Assembly: GCA_000092065.1 (NCBI GenBank)
Contig: CP000583.1
Length of the DNA stretch: 64,000 nucleotides
DNA from: Ostreococcus lucimarinus
Lineage: Eukaryota
Strand: one strand, 5' to 3'
Shown in pieces: positions 10,581 through 19,724 of the stretch (positions within the stretch are counted from its first letter, which is position 1; the number at the start of each line of letters is the position of its first letter). The notes beneath the pieces were generated by a model that saw nothing but the letters and a program-made list of their open reading frames with translations, had not been told where the DNA came from and searched no databases. The translations under genes and the position numbers were made by a program.

Positions 10581-12314
10581 ATGGCACTCGACTCGACGAT
10601 AGATCCTATCTCGTTCGCCCCCGATGAAGCTTTGACGAAACTGTCCAACTTAATGACCCAAGGAGTGAAATACCCGCAACTGAGAGCGGTGGTCGTGAGC
10701 TGGCTCGCCGAGGTGCGCGAACCATCGACTCTCGTTGCGGCGTGCATCGACGTCATCTTCACCACCCTGCGCGATCAGTACGAGATCGGACGCGAAGAAG
10801 ACGATGATGGCGAGTTACTGATTTGCATGTACTTGTTGTTGGAGTGCCTCGGTAGAACTCCCGGAACGCGGGAAGGGCGAGAACGGAGACGCTTTACCAG
10901 CACCGTCACGAGAGGCGTAGTTTTGTGTGATCGAAGTCGCGCACACGTAGGTAAATTGGTACATTCAGCGATGACCACGACAAATGATGTCATACCAAGC
11001 CGTGCGATCGTTCGCTTGATCGAAACATTTGGGCTTGAGTTTGAGGATTTGAACTTTACGAGCTGCGCAGCTGCTGCCGAAGGCGTCTCAGGCTTCGTTC
11101 GACAGCTTTTAGAAGACGGCAAACAGAGCTCGGCCATGGCGCTCATTTTTCACTTCAACCTGGAAGAGTTCGCAACAAATGAAACACTGCAAGGTTTGGC
11201 GCAGTGTAATGAATTTTCACTCGCTCTTGAGTTTGTTCAACTCGAACCAACTCTGGCCAAAAATTGGATTGAGTTTTGCGTGCACCAGGGCGTCCACGAG
11301 CACCATCACGCTGCTTTGCGACAAGCACACAAAGTTGTCACGATATTTGAGATGGAAGCCGAGTTTCCGGACGTGCGCACGCAGTATTACAAGTCGACTA
11401 TTGCGAGAATGATTGCGAAAGGACAATTTGAAGTCGCGCTCAAGCGCGCAGGCGCCGAAATCAATCTTCAAGAGTTTGTTGTCGAATCTCTTGCAGCGAT
11501 CGAACAATTCGAATACGCTTTGGAGTTCGCAAATAGGTGTGGACTAGAGTTTGACTGTGATCCAGTGGAGCTGGAGAAGTTAGTCGCACGCAGGAGAGCA
11601 ACGTTTTTCCAGCTTCCAGAGCATCTCTCTCTCGACGCGAACGTCGTCTTTGTTGACGATGCAAAGAGCTTGCATTACATCTCAGAACGGTACCTCGCAA
11701 ATAAAAAAGACATTGGAATAGATACTGAATGGGGTGCTGCGGTGGGTGAAGACGCGGACAAGGAAGACACGAGTCAGGTAGCTACTCTACAACTTGCGTC
11801 AGAAGACGGCGTAGCAATTTTAGACTTGCCAGTTCTAGTTCAGAGCTGTCCCGAGGCGTTAGAGGCAACGATCGGGCGAATGTTTCAGGACGATAAGGTG
11901 TTAAAATTAGGGTTCGCAGTTCAAGAAGACTTGCGACGCTTGGCAAAATGTCACCCTGCGTCTTTCGGCAACGTACGCAATGTGGCCGACTTGCAATCGT
12001 TGTGGAAATTAGCTGTGTCAAAGGCGCGAATGACGAAAGAGACTCGTGATTTTCCATGGGCAACCGACGAAGAACTGTCACGATATCAACCCGTTGGCTT
12101 ATCGACTATGGTCGCTGCCGTACTCGGGAAACCGTTGGACAAGACGATGCGGATGTCTGATTGGTCGAAACGTCCGCTGACCGCACAACAGCGAGTGTAT
12201 GCGGCACTCGACGCGTGGACTCTGGTCGAATCGCATCGTTCGCTCCTCGCATCTCACGCCGATCGATACATCGCACTAGTCGATCAAGTGAACAAATCAT
12301 ATGAGTTCAAATAG
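10581..12314 (+). CDS. DEDDy 3'-5' exonuclease domain protein (Mut-7/EXD3/WRN-exonuclease-like)
   Basis: Exonuclease motifs IGIDTEWGAAV...VATLQLASEDGVAILDL..., VLKLGFAVQEDLRRLAK, YAALDAW. ATG re-anchored to 10581 (MALDSTIDPISF). Confidence 0.65.
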   Translation: MALDSTIDPISFAPDEALTKLSNLMTQGVKYPQLRAVVVSWLAEVREPSTLVAACIDVIFTTLRDQYEIGREEDDDGELLICMYLLLECLGRTPGTREGRERRRFTSTVTRGVVLCDRSRAHVGKLVHSAMTTTNDVIPSRAIVRLIETFGLEFEDLNFTSCAAAAEGVSGFVRQLLEDGKQSSAMALIFHFNLEEFATNETLQGLAQCNEFSLALEFVQLEPTLAKNWIEFCVHQGVHEHHHAALRQAHKVVTIFEMEAEFPDVRTQYYKSTIARMIAKGQFEVALKRAGAEINLQEFVVESLAAIEQFEYALEFANRCGLEFDCDPVELEKLVARRRATFFQLPEHLSLDANVVFVDDAKSLHYISERYLANKKDIGIDTEWGAAVGEDADKEDTSQVATLQLASEDGVAILDLPVLVQSCPEALEATIGRMFQDDKVLKLGFAVQEDLRRLAKCHPASFGNVRNVADLQSLWKLAVSKARMTKETRDFPWATDEELSRYQPVGLSTMVAAVLGKPLDKTMRMSDWSKRPLTAQQRVYAALDAWTLVESHRSLLASHADRYIALVDQVNKSYEFK

Positions 12315-12341
12315 CGCATAATCCCATGGTTGTTGTATCAA

Positions 12342-14600
12342 ATGTATCAAATAAGCATCCCGCCGGCTTCAATGCTGTGTTCAGTAAGAACGCACGTCGT
12401 TGCACGTCCGCACTCGTGCGCTCGCGCTCGAGTCCCCATGGCGGTCGAAAGCCAGATGAATGCGCTGCAAATAAACCCGGGTAAAATATTGATCGACGAC
12501 ACCTTCGTTCGCGACACCTCGCGCGCGGTTTCGACGTATTGGTTCCCCAATCGAGCGCAAACGCTGGAGGCGGCGTATAAAAAAAAGTGGTTCGCCACGG
12601 ACGATACCGTGACTATCGTGGACGAAGAGATACGCACAAGGTTCGCCGATATCATCCATGCCTTAGAACTCGCGGTTGATGGCGACGATATCGATCGAAC
12701 GCGTGTTTTGGGCGCGCACGCTCGGTGGTTGCAAGCGCCGGCGACGACGGCTGCACTCGTGGTGCTGTTGGACCAGTTCAGTCGCCACGTGTATAGGAAC
12801 AGAGACGATCGAGACGCGAAAGTCAAGGTAAACGATACCGTAGCTACGATAATTGCCGAAGACTTGCTCGATAACAAGCGCGAATGGTTGGTCGAGCTTA
12901 CAGTACCCGAGCAGGTGTTTGTGCTCATGCCATTTCGTCACACCCAAAAGAGTTGTCCTCGCCTGTTGCGATGCTTGGACACGATCGACGCCCATGTAGC
13001 GATGGAGAGTGAGAACAAGGCGTTGTTGGAACGGTTTCGTAAAACCACGCTGCGTTGTTACCAGGATTTACAAGGTAAGCAGCACAAGGCTGGTGATAAT
13101 ATTTTAGAACGAGAAGAGTTCACGCCGACGGAGGGTGTCATGACGGCGATGGCCTCGCACACACTGTACAAAACCATAGAAGCGTTTATGCGCGATAGAA
13201 TGAGTGAATTTGGGAACTCAATAGCCGTTTCGCTGAGTGGAGGCGTGGACTCCATGGTCCTGGCGTATATTCTCAAGCATCAAGGGTACGACGTCGTGAC
13301 GCTTCACATCGATTACAAGAACAGGCCAGAGAGCACGGAGGAGGCTGACTTCGTCGATGATTGGAGCCTGAGACATGGCATGAAATTCGAGAGATGTACA
13401 GTGGATCAAATTAGACGCGGAGTCACGCCGAGAGAGCAATACGAGATCGAGTCGCGGAGAATACGATACGGTTTCTACAAGGAAGCCGGGGCAAAGCATG
13501 GCTTTCCCGCCGTATTGCTTGGACATCACCACGGAGACGTGCAGGAAAATATAATCACCAACTTGATGCGTGGAGCGAATTTATTATCAGTAAATGGGAT
13601 GAGTGACGAAGGTGTAGTGGAAGGTGTTCGCATTTGGCGTCCGATGCTCTCCCATGTGAAGGATGACGTTCTGACTTTTGCGCACGCTTATGGCATTCCG
13701 TATTTCCTAGACTCGACGCCGACTTGGAGTACGCGAGGAAAGCTCCGAAATCAGCTCGTACCTTTGCTTGAAGACATGTTTGGGATTGGTTTATTGAGGA
13801 ACCTCAGCGTTATTGGTGAGAATAGCGAGCAGCTTTCTGAAATGGTCGATAAATCTCTCTTCAAACCTTTTTGGGACGCTACAAAGTCGAGCGACGTGGG
13901 CTGTTACGTTGATTGCGAACCATTCATTTCCCAGCCTATATTCTTCTGGAAACAAGTTATTCGCGAAACATGTCATGGTCTCGGAGCGAGTATGATGAAA
14001 GATCGCTCTGTACGCTTGCTATTGGCCCGAATCAAGAGAGAAAGATCGACAAAAGATGGTTGGTTGTGTTTAAAGAAGGAGAACGCGACTTTCATGCACG
14101 GCAATACGTTTGGTATGTTTACAACAGAGTTTATGCCTAGGTCTGATACCATCGTGCCTGGAACGCCCATAGTCGTGAGCTCCAGTGGAGCATCTTTCGA
14201 TATCGGAAATTGGCATATCGACCTCGAAGTGGTGTCGAACGTGAGCGTCGACGGGAATCAGTGCCCTTTGGAGGGCCCCGCAATAACTGTGTGGAACGTG
14301 CTCGAGAACGATATTTCCTACCACATTCCGTACAAGGACGGAACCAATTCATACGTCATAGATCCAGAGATTAGATTTCCCCCGACACAGAACCTGGATA
14401 CCGCGGTACGGGACGCGCTCCCGCTTGTCGTCCCCTCGGCGCTGAGTTTCGCCCACCTGCCTAAGGAAGACAGACCACCTCGCAAGGCGAACCGTTGGGA
14501 CCGAGCGATGATGGAGCTCCCGACGTGCGTTAAAGTGACGCTTAAGTTTAGGAGAACGAAGCTCTACGTCGTCTCAAATGACGACGACGACGCGTCCTGA
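12342..14600 (+). CDS. DUF924 N-terminal domain fused to a TilS-like tRNA(Ile)-lysidine synthetase PP-loop ATPase; probably organelle-targeted
   Basis: DUF924 signatures FWFPNRAQTLEAAYKKKWFATDD...LLDQFSRHVYRN...VLMPFRH. PP-loop SLSGGVDSMVLAYIL. TilS-like LGHHHGDVQENIITNLMRGANLLSVNGM...IWRPMLSHVKDDV...YGIPYFLDSTP. First ATG at 12342 with a transit-peptide-like start. Confidence 0.7.
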   Translation: MYQISIPPASMLCSVRTHVVARPHSCARARVPMAVESQMNALQINPGKILIDDTFVRDTSRAVSTYWFPNRAQTLEAAYKKKWFATDDTVTIVDEEIRTRFADIIHALELAVDGDDIDRTRVLGAHARWLQAPATTAALVVLLDQFSRHVYRNRDDRDAKVKVNDTVATIIAEDLLDNKREWLVELTVPEQVFVLMPFRHTQKSCPRLLRCLDTIDAHVAMESENKALLERFRKTTLRCYQDLQGKQHKAGDNILEREEFTPTEGVMTAMASHTLYKTIEAFMRDRMSEFGNSIAVSLSGGVDSMVLAYILKHQGYDVVTLHIDYKNRPESTEEADFVDDWSLRHGMKFERCTVDQIRRGVTPREQYEIESRRIRYGFYKEAGAKHGFPAVLLGHHHGDVQENIITNLMRGANLLSVNGMSDEGVVEGVRIWRPMLSHVKDDVLTFAHAYGIPYFLDSTPTWSTRGKLRNQLVPLLEDMFGIGLLRNLSVIGENSEQLSEMVDKSLFKPFWDATKSSDVGCYVDCEPFISQPIFFWKQVIRETCHGLGASMMKDRSVRLLLARIKRERSTKDGWLCLKKENATFMHGNTFGMFTTEFMPRSDTIVPGTPIVVSSSGASFDIGNWHIDLEVVSNVSVDGNQCPLEGPAITVWNVLENDISYHIPYKDGTNSYVIDPEIRFPPTQNLDTAVRDALPLVVPSALSFAHLPKEDRPPRKANRWDRAMMELPTCVKVTLKFRRTKLYVVSNDDDDAS

Positions 14601-14637
14601 AATAGTCATAGTCGTCCCGTCCCCTCGTCGGCGTCGC

Positions 14638-14889
14638 TCAGTCCCCCGTATGCGGTCCTTTTAAAGAAACTTGCCATTGATTCGACTTCGAGTCCATGTT
14701 CGAGAATGCATTCAGGCGATCTAAACCGTCTCGCGCCATCGCTACCGCCTTCTCGATCTCCTTGGCGTCCGTCAGTTCGCGCTTTTGCCTAAACTCAACC
14801 TTGATTTCCTCCACGATGGCCATCTTGTTCTTGCTCGGAAACTTTGTCGCGGATTTCAACACCGCGCGGTACAATCGTACGGTGTCCAT
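14638..14889 (-). CDS. LYRM4: LYR-motif protein LYRM4/ISD11 (cysteine desulfurase partner)
   Basis: LYRAVLKSATKFPSKNK...IKVEFRQKRELTDAKEIEKA is collinear with LYRM4 (LYRAMLRESKHFPS...IRQEFRENKNVTDPVKIQ). An alternative start exists at 14904. Confidence 0.7.
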   Translation of the reverse strand: MDTVRLYRAVLKSATKFPSKNKMAIVEEIKVEFRQKRELTDAKEIEKAVAMARDGLDRLNAFSNMDSKSNQWQVSLKGPHTGD

Positions 14890-14998
14890 CGCGCGCGCAC
14901 CCATGCACGTTCCGCGTCGCTCGTCGCGCTACGCGGTATGCGTCGAATCGCGTCGCGTTGTGTGTTCGTCACTCTCGCGCGCGCCTCGTCGTCTCCCG

Positions 14999-16654
14999 AT
15001 GGCGTCGCGCGCGCTCGCGATCGGTGCGACGGCCACGACGGCGGCGTTTACGGCGTACGTCGCGAGTGAAGAAGGCGCGCAGCGCTCGTGCGTGTTCTGG
15101 GCCAACGCGTTTCCCGTGTACGCGCGCTATCGCGCGGTGCAAGCGCGACATCGCGACTTCGCTCGCGCGGGCGTCCCGCGCTGGACCGGGATGGTGCTGA
15201 GCGATGACGAGGCGAACGAGGCGTACGAAGCGCTGCACGATCAATACGCGACGCCAGTGCGAGATTTAGTGTACGCGATGCGGGGATTTTATCTGAAAAA
15301 CGCGCAGTTGCTGTCGACGCGGGACGACTTTGTGCCGCGGCAGTACTTGACGTGGTGCAAGGACACGCAGGATAGCGCACCCGTGGAGATGAAACCGGGC
15401 GAGGCGAGGGCGATCGCAATAAGAGAACTGGAGAAAAATGGACACACGGACGTGTTCGAGGCGTGGGACGAAACTCCGCTCGGAGTGGCGAGTATCGGAC
15501 AGGCGCACAGGGCAAAGCTGACGAAAAAGTACGGCGGCAGAACCGTCGTCGTCAAGGTGCAGGCGCCCGGAATCGAGCGACGATTTCGAGCGGACATTCG
15601 TACATGCATTGACTTTTGTAAGCTCGCCATGCCGCAACACGTGCCACCACTGGAAGAAATAGAGAGGCAGTTTTTGACTGAATTCGACTATCGCGCCGAG
15701 GCGGAAAATCTCGACGAAGTCAGATCTGCGGTGATGCCGCGGTGGGGGAACAAGGTGTACATTCCGGCGCCTCACAAGGAACTGTGCACAAAGGAGGTGT
15801 TAGTGATGGATGAAGTTCCTGGGAAGCGATTAGTAGACGGTATTCGCGATCAGTTTGACGCCATTGCTCGGTACAGGGGCACCAGTGTGAGTAGTCTGGA
15901 GGAAAATGAGCGTAGAAAGATTGAGAGCGGGAGGTTGCGAAGTCGAGACGCGAAACAAGCGGCGAAACACACAGAAAGAGTAAATACTTTCATGAAACTT
16001 CAGCATCACTTACTGATGCCTCTGAAGCTCGCGTACAACGTGTCGCCTCTTCGGTTGGTGACCGGTCCCGTGAATCGACAACCGCCGCCGAAGCTCGTGA
16101 ACCTGGGAGCGCTCCTTCAAACCTTGGTCGACGTGCACGCGTATGAGATTTTCGAGACAGGAGTGTTCAATGGCGATCCACATCCGGGAAACATCATGCT
16201 GATGCCTGACGGTAGGCTCGGACTGATTGATTACGGGCAGGTGAAACGCATAGACTCTGATGCGCAGCGGGCGTACGCCAAACTCATCTTAGCTGTAGCC
16301 AAAGGCGACGCTGAAGAATGCCACAGGTTGGTGCAGTCTAATAAACCAGAAGGTTTCGGAGCCCGAAGTAAGAATTCAGATGCAGAGGTCAGTTTTAAGT
16401 TGGCGACGTTTTGGAACGATCGAGACACGCCCGACGTTACCGAGGGACTCAACTTGCAAGAGTTTTTGGACGAAATGCAAGCGCGTGATCCGGTCATCAA
16501 GGCTCCCGATGAGATGGTCATGATTGCACGCGTTTCGGTACTTCTACGAGGTATGGGCAACGCGTTCAACATTAGGCTTAGAATGGCCGAGGCGTGGAGA
16601 GCAGATGCGGAGAAGCTCTTGGCGCGCACGGACCCAGATTACTTTCTGTTGTGA
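14999..16654 (+). CDS. ABC1/ADCK (UbiB-family) atypical kinase
   Basis: ABC1 motifs ASIGQAHRAKL...VVVKVQAPGIE, FNGDPHPGNIMLMPDGRLGLIDYGQ. Conservative ATG at 14999 (MASRALAIG). An alternative ATG at 14903 overlaps the ISD11 start codon. Confidence 0.75.
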   Translation: MASRALAIGATATTAAFTAYVASEEGAQRSCVFWANAFPVYARYRAVQARHRDFARAGVPRWTGMVLSDDEANEAYEALHDQYATPVRDLVYAMRGFYLKNAQLLSTRDDFVPRQYLTWCKDTQDSAPVEMKPGEARAIAIRELEKNGHTDVFEAWDETPLGVASIGQAHRAKLTKKYGGRTVVVKVQAPGIERRFRADIRTCIDFCKLAMPQHVPPLEEIERQFLTEFDYRAEAENLDEVRSAVMPRWGNKVYIPAPHKELCTKEVLVMDEVPGKRLVDGIRDQFDAIARYRGTSVSSLEENERRKIESGRLRSRDAKQAAKHTERVNTFMKLQHHLLMPLKLAYNVSPLRLVTGPVNRQPPPKLVNLGALLQTLVDVHAYEIFETGVFNGDPHPGNIMLMPDGRLGLIDYGQVKRIDSDAQRAYAKLILAVAKGDAEECHRLVQSNKPEGFGARSKNSDAEVSFKLATFWNDRDTPDVTEGLNLQEFLDEMQARDPVIKAPDEMVMIARVSVLLRGMGNAFNIRLRMAEAWRADAEKLLARTDPDYFLL

Positions 16655-16743
16655 CAGAGGTTTGTTTTAGCGACCGGTACTTAGTGATATAATGTCGAAT
16701 AATGAGATATTGTACTAGAAATGATACGATATATGGTGTGTGT

Positions 16744-18300
16744 CTATTTCCCCTCGTCGTTGAAGGTGACGCAAACTTCGACGCTTTGTTCGTTTTCGTT
16801 CGCGACGAGAGAAACCGAAAGGCCTCGCGTGGCCTTCTTACCGCCCTTCTTCTTGCCCTTGCCGCCGCTCTTCTTACCATCAGCTTTTTGACTCTTCTCT
16901 TTGCCCTTCTCCGCTTTTTCCTCCTTTTCTTTCTCATCTTCATCCTCCAAGCCGGCGGCGATTCTCTCCTTCTTGATCTTGCGCCGTTCCAAAAACTCTT
17001 CCTTCTTCGCCTTGATGACGTCCAACGAGGCGGGCACGTCGGACACCTTGGCGACGACGGCGATTTTTACTTTTGAGAAGAAGGTGAGAGTATCGAGAGA
17101 GTGCTGAATACGTTCGTTACCGCTCGGCGCACTCTTCCCGTTGCTCTTCTTACTCTTCTTCTTGTATGCGGTGCTGACGGCGAACATGTCATCTTCGTCG
17201 TCTTCGTTGCGTCGACTCAACTGAGTGGTTTTGACGGCGGATACATCGACTTTCTTGGTATCCCACTTTGCCAAATAAGCCAGCAAAGCATCACATGCCG
17301 ACACTTCGTCCTCGAATGGTTCTGGAGCGTTCTCCTTTTCCCACTGCTTGCGCTCCTCGTCGCGCGCCTTGCGCTCCTCTTGCGAAGCCTCCCACTGCGC
17401 CTGCTTGATTTCCTTTTGCTGCGCGCGGAACAGCTTCTCACGAGCCCAATAATTGTCCTCAATCTTCTTTTGATTCGCTCGAAGCCGGTTGATTTCCTCT
17501 CTCTTCGCTTTGATCACCTCGTACGCCGCGTTCTTCTCTTCGATGAGCTTGGGCACGTCGGCGTTGGCGGTGTCGTCTTTGCTCTTCACCTCGTTCAATT
17601 GCGCGCGAATTTTAGCTTGTTCAGCTTTGATGCTATTGATTTCCGCGTCCTTCGCTTTGATGCGATCCATGCACGCTTTTCTCCTCGCGTCGTGCGCGGT
17701 GATCAGGGCTTGCTTCTCCGCGTACTCGCGCACGAGGTCTCTACTCTTGTTCAAGCTCTTGATTTGGTCGACCAACTTCTTCTCTTGCGCCAGTGGCATG
17801 GTTTCGTGCGCCAGCTTCCCATCGATTCTCGCGATCTCTTGATCAATCGATTCATTGGTGAGGAATTTCGATTGCGCCCGCATGGCGTTCGCCTCCTCGC
17901 GAACCCGATCGCGTCGCTCGTCGTTCGCCGCGAGCTCGGCGCGAACCTCGTCCCGCTGCGCGATCTTTTCGTTAGCAATCGCGTTCAGCGCCTTGACCTT
18001 TTCCAGCAACGGCGCGTTCGTGGTCGAGCTCGTCGTGCGTCTTTCACGCGCCGCGTTCACCAACGCCTTAATCTCCACGATGCGAGCCTGTTTCTCGTCC
18101 GTAATCGCCACGAGTGCCGCGATCTCGGCGTCGTGCGCCTCGCGGTCTGGACGTGGCAATCGCTCTATGCGTTTCGGCTTTACGACACCATCGACGGTCT
18201 TCAGCACGCTCTCGGGCGAGCCTTGTTCCTCATCACACTTCGTCGTCGTCGTCGTCGTCGTCGTCTCGGGCGCCTTCGCGGACGCGGTGTCGGCCGTCAT
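16744..18300 (-). CDS. Lys/Glu-rich coiled-coil protein, Bfr1/PPI-like
   Basis: Long heptad-rich region and a Lys-rich tail (KKSGGKGKKKGGKK). ATG at 18300 (MTADTASAKAPETTTTTTTTK). Confidence 0.4.
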   Translation of the reverse strand: MTADTASAKAPETTTTTTTTKCDEEQGSPESVLKTVDGVVKPKRIERLPRPDREAHDAEIAALVAITDEKQARIVEIKALVNAARERRTTSSTTNAPLLEKVKALNAIANEKIAQRDEVRAELAANDERRDRVREEANAMRAQSKFLTNESIDQEIARIDGKLAHETMPLAQEKKLVDQIKSLNKSRDLVREYAEKQALITAHDARRKACMDRIKAKDAEINSIKAEQAKIRAQLNEVKSKDDTANADVPKLIEEKNAAYEVIKAKREEINRLRANQKKIEDNYWAREKLFRAQQKEIKQAQWEASQEERKARDEERKQWEKENAPEPFEDEVSACDALLAYLAKWDTKKVDVSAVKTTQLSRRNEDDEDDMFAVSTAYKKKSKKSNGKSAPSGNERIQHSLDTLTFFSKVKIAVVAKVSDVPASLDVIKAKKEEFLERRKIKKERIAAGLEDEDEKEKEEKAEKGKEKSQKADGKKSGGKGKKKGGKKATRGLSVSLVANENEQSVEVCVTFNDEGK

Positions 18301-18737
18301 CGCGCGAAGCGTGCGCCGATCTGTCGCGACTTCTGGCGTTCTGTCGAAAACGTCCCGTCGCGGCAAAAGCTGGACGATCGGGCATGTGAAGTAGTGAGGT
18401 GATATAAATAAAAACACTGAAAATGATCGATAAAAAAGAATGTTGTACTTGGGGATGGCCGAGAATCTATGACGTGACAGTGACGACCGGTCAGTTGTCC
18501 GAACTTCCTGCTCGTTCCCGCGCCGCGCGAGCACACGCGAGTCGCACACTCACCGAACTCGGGACCTCCTCGACGTCTGCGGACGTGTCGTGTTTTGATG
18601 TCGTATCGCATCGTTTCGCGACTCGTTCGGTGGGCCCAAACGAGGAATCATACCACTAGACCACCATCCCGTAAAGAACGACCGTTAAGCCTATCAGTTG
18701 AGGATATAGAAATATTGGAAACACATTTGCATGGCGA

Positions 18738-19712
18738 ATGGTGGAAGTTATGGGTACTTCGGACGAAGTGTTCGTTCGGAAACTGCGTTCGTTCGCGTCG
18801 CGAACGCACCTCGAACTTCACATCGACGCGGCGATGCGAGGCGAAAACGCGGAGGAGGATTACATCGACGTCTACGCATCGTCTCGCGCCAGACGAGTCG
18901 CACGCCACGCGAAAGCGGCGTCGACGACGCTCGAGAGTCAACGACGCGAAAGGCATTTGCTCCTCGAGGCGGTGACGCAGCAAAAAGAGCTGTTGGATGT
19001 GGAACAGAAACGCGCGGACGACGCGGAGGATGAGCTGGAGAAAGTCACCGCCCAGGCGGACGCGTTGTCGAAGAAATTGGACGATTTGATGTCGACGTTC
19101 ATGTCGAGGAAACTGTTGGAGAGAACGTGCGAGACGCCGACGCCGTCGTCCTCCGTTGCGGCGACCTCGACACTGCAGCTTGAAAACGAGCGCTTGAAAA
19201 GAGAAATGTACGACATGGAGAAACGCCACGCGGCGGAAATTGCTGATCTTCGCGCTGATCTTCGTGCTGATAAGCCGAATGCGCTCACGGCGGAGGAACG
19301 AAGGCGATTGTTGACGGAAATCGCCGAGGCGCGGAAAGAGATTGCAGTCGCGAAAGAAGCGCGCGCGAAGGCGCTTTCGGAAGCCATCGACCTACGTACG
19401 AAATTAGAATCTTTAGGAGCGGCGGCGAGTGTGAACGGTGTGAGTGGCGCGAACAATGCTTTCACACCGGCGGCGAGTGTGAACGGTGTGAGTGGCGCGA
19501 ACAATGCTTCCACACCGCCTAAAACCCCCGAGTGGGCAAACATAGACTGGGACGCGGCGCACGCAGAGATGGATTCCATCAAGGCGGAGAAACAGCGCAT
19601 CACGCCAAAGTTAGATAGTGGGAAACTACCCTCATTAGAAGAAGAAATAGATTGGGAAGCCGCCTACTCGGATATCGACGCGACGCGTGCGCGACGGAAA
19701 ATATTATCATAA
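18738..19712 (+). CDS. Hypothetical coiled-coil protein containing a 16-aa tandem duplication
   Basis: ATG at 18738. Coiled-coil region ELLDVEQKRADDAEDELEKVTAQADALSKKLDDL. Duplicated AASVNGVSGANNA(F/S)TP. Confidence 0.5.
   Translation: MVEVMGTSDEVFVRKLRSFASRTHLELHIDAAMRGENAEEDYIDVYASSRARRVARHAKAASTTLESQRRERHLLLEAVTQQKELLDVEQKRADDAEDELEKVTAQADALSKKLDDLMSTFMSRKLLERTCETPTPSSSVAATSTLQLENERLKREMYDMEKRHAAEIADLRADLRADKPNALTAEERRRLLTEIAEARKEIAVAKEARAKALSEAIDLRTKLESLGAAASVNGVSGANNAFTPAASVNGVSGANNASTPPKTPEWANIDWDAAHAEMDSIKAEKQRITPKLDSGKLPSLEEEIDWEAAYSDIDATRARRKILS
19424..19519 (+). repeat. Near-perfect 48-bp tandem duplication (2 copies, 1 mismatch) inside the coding sequence
   Basis: gcggcgagtgtgaacggtgtgagtggcgcgaacaatgctt(t/c)cacaccg occurs twice, back to back. 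Confidence 0.8.
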
Positions 19713-19724
19713 ATAAATGTGTAT

